64,000 nucleotides of DNA. Origin: Pseudomonadota bacterium. GTDB lineage: Bacteria > Pseudomonadota > Gammaproteobacteria > Burkholderiales > Rhodocyclaceae. The notes below the pieces were generated by a model. That model made no database searches. It saw only the letters and a list, made by a program, of their open reading frames with translations, and was not told the origin of the DNA. Where the stretch lies: NCBI GenBank assembly GCA_018262235.1, contig JAGTRY010000006.1, positions 3,632-67,631 of the forward strand. Direction: 5' to 3'. The stretch's first letter is position 1. Each line of letters begins with the position of its first letter. The position numbers were made by a program, and so were the translations under genes. Below, piece after piece: positions 58,574-64,000 of the stretch.

Positions 58574-58621
58574 ATGATCCAACTCACCCCCATCCGTTTG
58601 CCGTCTTGGTGGCGCCGCTGA
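58574..58621 (+). promoter_or_regulatory. Candidate trpL-like leader peptide ORF (MIQLTPIRLPSWWRR) upstream of trpS
   Basis: ATG 58574 to TGA 58619-58621. Tandem TGG TGG at 58607-58612 is followed by CGC CGC TGA. The Trp-codon segment can pair with 58659-58667, which is also one arm of hairpin 58657-58677. Confidence 0.4.
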
Positions 58622-58725
58622 TTCCGCGCGGCACGTGAGCAGTTTTCAAATCTCAGGGGCCGCCAGACTGGTGGCCCTGTGCGTTCCAGCTGGCAGCTCC
58701 TGCTAAATCTTCCGGAGCAGATTGA

Positions 58726-59739
<1,014 letters not shown>

Positions 59740-59779
59740 ACCACGCCCGGCCATCTCCCTTTATCACTCAAGGAACACC

Positions 59780-60154
59780 ATGTCCCGTACCCAACCGACT
59801 TCTCGCCGCTGTATCCGCCGCCTCAATACGCGCCAGCGCAAGAAGCTCTGTGTCGCTGAATTCCAGGAACTCGCCTTCGAACTGGCCCTGGTCTTCAAGT
59901 CGCCTGTCGATGACACCGCTTATGAACAGTTCATCCATGCCTTCATCGACTTTGCCGAAACCCGCCACCTGGCGCTCAGTGCATTCGGCGGTCGCCTGCC
60001 GATCGAGAAGACCGACGGGCTGGTCACCGCACAACGCGGTTCGACCAGCGAAGAAGATCGCAGCGCACTGAGCGCATGGCTGCAAGCCCGTGCCGAAGTG
60101 GCCTCCGTCACGGCCGGCCCGCTGCGCGACGGCTGGTACGGCTGGGATTTCTGA
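59780..60154 (+). CDS. yggL: YggL family (DUF469) protein
   Basis: RRLNTRQRKKLCVAEFQELAFEL resembles E. coli YggL RSRRLRKKMHIDEFQELGF. ATG at 59780. Confidence 0.75.
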   Translation: MSRTQPTSRRCIRRLNTRQRKKLCVAEFQELAFELALVFKSPVDDTAYEQFIHAFIDFAETRHLALSAFGGRLPIEKTDGLVTAQRGSTSEEDRSALSAWLQARAEVASVTAGPLRDGWYGWDF

Positions 60155-60170
60155 GCACAGCACGGCAAGC

Positions 60171-60197
60171 GGCGGGGCAACCGGCCCCGCCATTTCT
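60171..60197 (+). terminator. Candidate intrinsic terminator after yggL
   Basis: GGCGGGGC-AACCG-GCCCCGCC followed by ATTTCT. Confidence 0.5.
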
Positions 60198-60211
60198 CGA
60201 ACCGGTTCGAG
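60196..60211. promoter_or_regulatory. Perfect 16-nt palindrome upstream of yebC
   Basis: CTCGAACCGGTTCGAG is its own reverse complement. It lies 25 nt upstream of the yebC ATG. Confidence 0.4.
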
Positions 60212-60235
60212 TACGACACGCTAGGAGCATGCGTC

Positions 60236-60949
60236 ATGGGCGCACAGTGGAAAGCCAAACACAAGGACATCGCCGCCAACATCAAAGGCAAGGTTTTCGG
60301 CAAACTGGTCAAGGAAATTCTGGTCGCCGCGCGCGGCGGTGCCGATCCGGCGATGAACTCGCGCCTGCGTCTGGCGGTGGAGCAGGCCAAGAAGGCCTCA
60401 ATGCCCAAGGACACACTGGAACGCGCGATCAAGCGCGGCGCCGGCCTCACCGACGAACCGGTCAACTTCGAGCACGTCATCTACGAAGGCTTCGCGCCGC
60501 ATCAGGTGGCGGTAATGGTCGAATGCCTCACCGACAACGTACGCCGCACCGCGCCGGAAATGCGCGTGCTGTTCCGCAAGGGCCAGCTCGGCACCTCGGG
60601 CTCGGTCGCCTGGGATTTTGACTACCTCGGCATGATCGAGGCCGCGCCGCTCAAAGCCGGTGCAGACCCCGAAGAAGCCGCCATCGAAGCCGGCGCACAG
60701 GATCTGGAGCCAGGCGACGAAGCAGGAACGACCCTGTTCTACACCGATCCGACCGAACTGGATCTGGTCAGCAAGGCGCTCGGAACACACGGTTTCAACG
60801 TCCTCTCCGCCAAACTTGGTTACAAGCCCAAGAACCCGATCAGCGCCGCCAGCCTCAGTCCCGAGGCGCTGGAAGAAGTCGAAACCTTCCTTGCTGCGAT
60901 TGACGAGAACGACGACGTGCAGAACGTGTATGTCGCGCTGACGGCTTAG
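60236..60949 (+). CDS. yebC: YebC/PmpR family DNA-binding transcriptional regulator
   Basis: 237 aa starting [28 protein letters not shown], a YebC/PmpR-type N-terminus. SD AGGAG. Confidence 0.9.
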   Translation: MGAQWKAKHKDIAANIKGKVFGKLVKEILVAARGGADPAMNSRLRLAVEQAKKASMPKDTLERAIKRGAGLTDEPVNFEHVIYEGFAPHQVAVMVECLTDNVRRTAPEMRVLFRKGQLGTSGSVAWDFDYLGMIEAAPLKAGADPEEAAIEAGAQDLEPGDEAGTTLFYTDPTELDLVSKALGTHGFNVLSAKLGYKPKNPISAASLSPEALEEVETFLAAIDENDDVQNVYVALTA

Positions 60950-60998
60950 TGCGCCGGCGGCCGGTCATCGCCGGGAATTCGGTGGCGGCGCGGCGTGC

Positions 60999-62357
60999 TT
61001 ACAGTTGCTCGGCCGCCAGCGCCGCCACCTTGGCCCGCAGTTCAGGCACAGGGTAGAACTCGTAGGCTTTGCCGCGTTTGGCTTTGATGAACAGGCCAAG
61101 GGATTCGAGATCCAGCAGATCCGCGCGGGCGGTCTGGTACACAACGCCATGGGTGTTCTGGTGGGCGTCGATGCGCAGCGCAGCATCCGGGTGCTTCAGG
61201 GCGCTTTGAAGCAAACCAATCTGGCGGTGGTTGAGCCGGAAACGCAGCTGTGGCGTGTTGGCCGCCAGCAAGCGCTCGGCATCCTGTTTTTCTGCCGTCT
61301 TGCGTGCGATGTACGCGTGCAGCGCAGAGATGGCGCGGCGGATGGTCGTGAGCTGGTGAAGGAGAAAGTAGGTGGTATCTCCGTAATCCGTCTCGGTCTG
61401 CAGGTAGGCCCGCACGTATTTGGCCGGGGCCTTCTTGATGATGTGCGAAATCGACACGAACTCCATCAGCCAGTAACCGCTGCGTGCCATGGCCCAGTAG
61501 AACAAGGCACGCGCAGTACGGCCATTGCCGTCCACGAAAGGATGGTCGTAGCCGATCATGAAGTGCAGCAGGATCGCACGCAGCACTGGATGCACGAAGG
61601 GCTGAGCCCCCTCGTCGGCGTTGGCAAAAGCGCAGAGCGCCTCAAGCCGCTGCGGCAAATCCTGAAAGTCGGGGGGCGCGTGCAGGATGCTGCCGTCACG
61701 CTGGTCAATCACCTCCACATCGTTGCTCGTCCGCAGACGCCCGGCATCGTCCGGATTCTCGAGGGTATCGAGCGTCAGCATGCGGTGCAGTTCGAGGACG
61801 CGAGCGGGCGTGATGGATTCATTGCGCAATTCCCGCAAGTGTTCCATCGCGCAGTAGTTGTTGTAGATCATCTGCTCGCCGTGATCCCGTGGCCGCCGCC
61901 CTGCGCGCAACATTTCAGCGGCGACCTTGCGGGTCGTCGCAGCGCCTTCAATCTGGCTGGAGGTAATGGCTTCTTCGATGAGCGAGGCAAGCAGATAAGG
62001 CTGCCTGTTTTCATGAATGGATGCCCCTTCGGGGGCACGGATCTGCCCAGCCGCATCGCGGTCGATGTGGTGCAGGTCGATCAACACGGGCTGCGGCGTC
62101 GCAAAACGGAAGGGCTCACCGTGCTTGTCGCGCAACGGCAAGGCCTGCAGCAAGGGCACACGCCCCAAGCAGGTAGCAGCCCACCACTGCGCGTGGTTCA
62201 ACCCTTCCGGCGGGGTACGGTAACGGAGGTCCTCATGATGCAGGTAGCGCCCTGCAGGCAAGGGGCTGGCATGCTGTGCCAGCAAGCGGAGCGACTCCGG
62301 CTCGCTCAGCGAGGAAAGGATTTCATGCAGGGAAGGCGGGGTGCGAGGAATGCGCAC
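60999..62357 (-). CDS. Fic family protein (Fic_N + Fic core + C-terminal wHTH-like region)
   Basis: Canonical Fic motif HPFVDGNGRTAR and an N-terminal inhibitory-type motif SSQIEG ((S/T)xxxE(G/N)). GTG start at 62357. Confidence 0.88.
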   Translation of the reverse strand: MRIPRTPPSLHEILSSLSEPESLRLLAQHASPLPAGRYLHHEDLRYRTPPEGLNHAQWWAATCLGRVPLLQALPLRDKHGEPFRFATPQPVLIDLHHIDRDAAGQIRAPEGASIHENRQPYLLASLIEEAITSSQIEGAATTRKVAAEMLRAGRRPRDHGEQMIYNNYCAMEHLRELRNESITPARVLELHRMLTLDTLENPDDAGRLRTSNDVEVIDQRDGSILHAPPDFQDLPQRLEALCAFANADEGAQPFVHPVLRAILLHFMIGYDHPFVDGNGRTARALFYWAMARSGYWLMEFVSISHIIKKAPAKYVRAYLQTETDYGDTTYFLLHQLTTIRRAISALHAYIARKTAEKQDAERLLAANTPQLRFRLNHRQIGLLQSALKHPDAALRIDAHQNTHGVVYQTARADLLDLESLGLFIKAKRGKAYEFYPVPELRAKVAALAAEQL

Positions 62358-62359
62358 AG

Positions 62360-62440
62360 CTACTAATCTCGTATAAAATTAGTAGAAAATTAGCACACAG
62401 ATCAGGATTGCGTCCACTAAATCAATACTGAATTAGTAGA
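62360..62440. promoter_or_regulatory. AT-rich fic upstream region with three copies of an ATTAGTAG motif
   Basis: CTACTAAT (62360-62367) is inverted relative to ATTAGTAG (62378-62385). A second ATTAGTAGA lies at 62432-62440 and a half-copy ATTAGCA at 62389-62395. Confidence 0.4.
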
Positions 62441-62465
62441 CGATCAACCGTCAGCCCTCGCCCAT

Positions 62466-63341
62466 TCAAGTCTTGGCCAAGGCCAGCAGCACAATCGCCA
62501 GGATCGCCAGCGCGATGGCTGCGCGATTGAGGCGCGACAACGGTTCCTTGAAGGCCAGCACGCCGACCAGCGTGCCCAGCACCACCACGCCGATATTCAT
62601 GCTTGCGAACACCACGGCCGGCTGGCCCGGCAACGCGCGATGGGCCTGCACATAAAAGAGGATATTGCCGAAGTTGATCGCCCCTAGCAGCAGACCGGCT
62701 GCGCAATTACGCAAAGTCAGCCGCCCTTGCCCCGATTTTCTACCTGCGACGGCACGGATGATCAGCCACACCGCCATGCCAGCAAAAGCCAAGCCGAAAC
62801 ACACCAATAGGGAAGCGGAGAAAGGTGTGCCGGCTGCCGCGATGTGCTTGAGCATCACATCAACCAGCGCGAGCCCCGCCCATACCGTCAGCAGCACAGG
62901 CCAGGCGCGTTCCCCGTTGGCCGCCCCGGAGCTTTGCGGTCGCCACAGGATACCCAGCACGGCCAGCAAGCCCAGCGCCAACCCGCCGAGCTTCAGGGCA
63001 CTGGCCGTTTCACCGAAAAGCAGGAAAGCTGCCAGCAGTGACAACAAGAGCGACAGCCGCTGGGCGATGTCCGTCAACACGATACCGGCACGGCGTACGC
63101 TCGTGGCCAGCACCAGAAACAATGTCGGCAACACAACAGCCAGACCCAGCAGCGAAACCCAGGGCGCGCCAGGTTGCATGAGCGTTGTCAGTGAAGGCTT
63201 GAGCAACAAGGCGCAGAGAACGGAAGCCGCCAGGTAATTCCAGCCGATGGCCTGTGCCACGTCGATATCATGGCGACGGGCGAGTTTGAGCAGCACGGAG
63301 ACCAGCACGCTGCAACAGGCAGCCAGCAGAACATTGATCAT
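62466..63341 (-). CDS. DMT-superfamily (EamA-like) 10-TM transporter
   Basis: 291 aa of almost entirely hydrophobic helices in a two-half arrangement. The family call is tentative. Confidence 0.55.
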   Translation of the reverse strand: MINVLLAACCSVLVSVLLKLARRHDIDVAQAIGWNYLAASVLCALLLKPSLTTLMQPGAPWVSLLGLAVVLPTLFLVLATSVRRAGIVLTDIAQRLSLLLSLLAAFLLFGETASALKLGGLALGLLAVLGILWRPQSSGAANGERAWPVLLTVWAGLALVDVMLKHIAAAGTPFSASLLVCFGLAFAGMAVWLIIRAVAGRKSGQGRLTLRNCAAGLLLGAINFGNILFYVQAHRALPGQPAVVFASMNIGVVVLGTLVGVLAFKEPLSRLNRAAIALAILAIVLLALAKT

Positions 63342-63426
63342 GGGGGACTATCCGGAAACACGAAGGCCGCCATTGTGCCGCAAGCTGGGCGCGCGCCCCG
63401 CCTTCGCTGCATACGGCAGCGCACGG

Positions 63427-63450
63427 AAAAAAGGGCCGCTTGCGCGACCC
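63427..63450 (-). terminator. Intrinsic terminator after metK
   Basis: On the minus strand: GGGTCGC-GCAA-GCGGCCC followed by TTTTTT. Confidence 0.75.
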
Positions 63451-63479
63451 TCTCGTTCATGCCGGACATTCCGGACGGA

Positions 63480-64000
<521 letters not shown>

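Noticed and set aside
60201-60213. GGTTCGAG string resembling a tRNA T-arm.
   Set aside because: It is part of the 16-nt palindrome. No acceptor stem, anticodon arm or D-arm can be built around it.
61005-62366. 453-aa ORF on the + strand, almost co-extensive with the Fic gene.
   Set aside because: The minus strand encodes the canonical HPFVDGNGRTAR Fic motif and the SSQIEG motif. The + strand product has no recognisable motif and shows an Arg/Gly/Val bias.

Overview
This 64 kb window is high-GC (roughly 60-63% by eye) bacterial chromosomal DNA. Gene content and order suggest a betaproteobacterium, possibly Rhodocyclales-like: ilvIHC-pssA, lptFG-pepA-holC-valS, and an ECF sigma/DUF3619/DUF3106/RDD cluster. 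That placement is an inference, because no database search was possible. All calls come from reading the supplied ORF translations for family motifs and checking start and stop codons in the nucleotide sequence.

The window is densely coded, with about 60 genes, and is mostly core housekeeping:
- Amino-acid, nucleotide-sugar and tRNA functions: ilvI/ilvH/ilvC, pssA, pepA, holC, valS, rhlE, yciH, glmU, ackA, pepN, dusA, trpS, yggL, yebC and a metK 3' part.
- Envelope functions: lptF/G, yihY.
- An amino-acid ABC importer followed by a coiled-coil porin.
- Three LysR regulators, each divergent from small redox or efflux genes or small ORFs.
- Four c-di-GMP genes: two PilZ, one GGDEF-EAL, one GGDEF.
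- A complete type IV pilus minor-pilin/PilY1 operon.
- A Fic protein.

I found no rRNA, tRNA, CRISPR array, transposase or integrase, and no clear multi-gene novel system such as a defence island.

The observations I consider most worth follow-up are:
1. An unannotated 15-codon trpL-like leader ORF (MIQLTPIRLPSWWRR) sits in front of trpS, and mutually exclusive RNA pairings centre on its Trp codons.
2. A short TonB-family gene is tightly coupled downstream of pilY1, in the position P. aeruginosa gives to pilY2.
3. A truncated, frameshifted phosphate acetyl/butyryl-transferase remnant lies upstream of an intact ackA.
4. A perfect nested 19-bp-arm palindrome lies between yciH and rhlE.
5. An AT-rich gap next to a LysR gene contains two short ORFs with Shine-Dalgarno sequences.
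6. A Fic gene is preceded by three copies of an ATTAGTAG motif.

Many long ORFs in the six-frame track are antisense artefacts typical of GC-rich DNA and were rejected.
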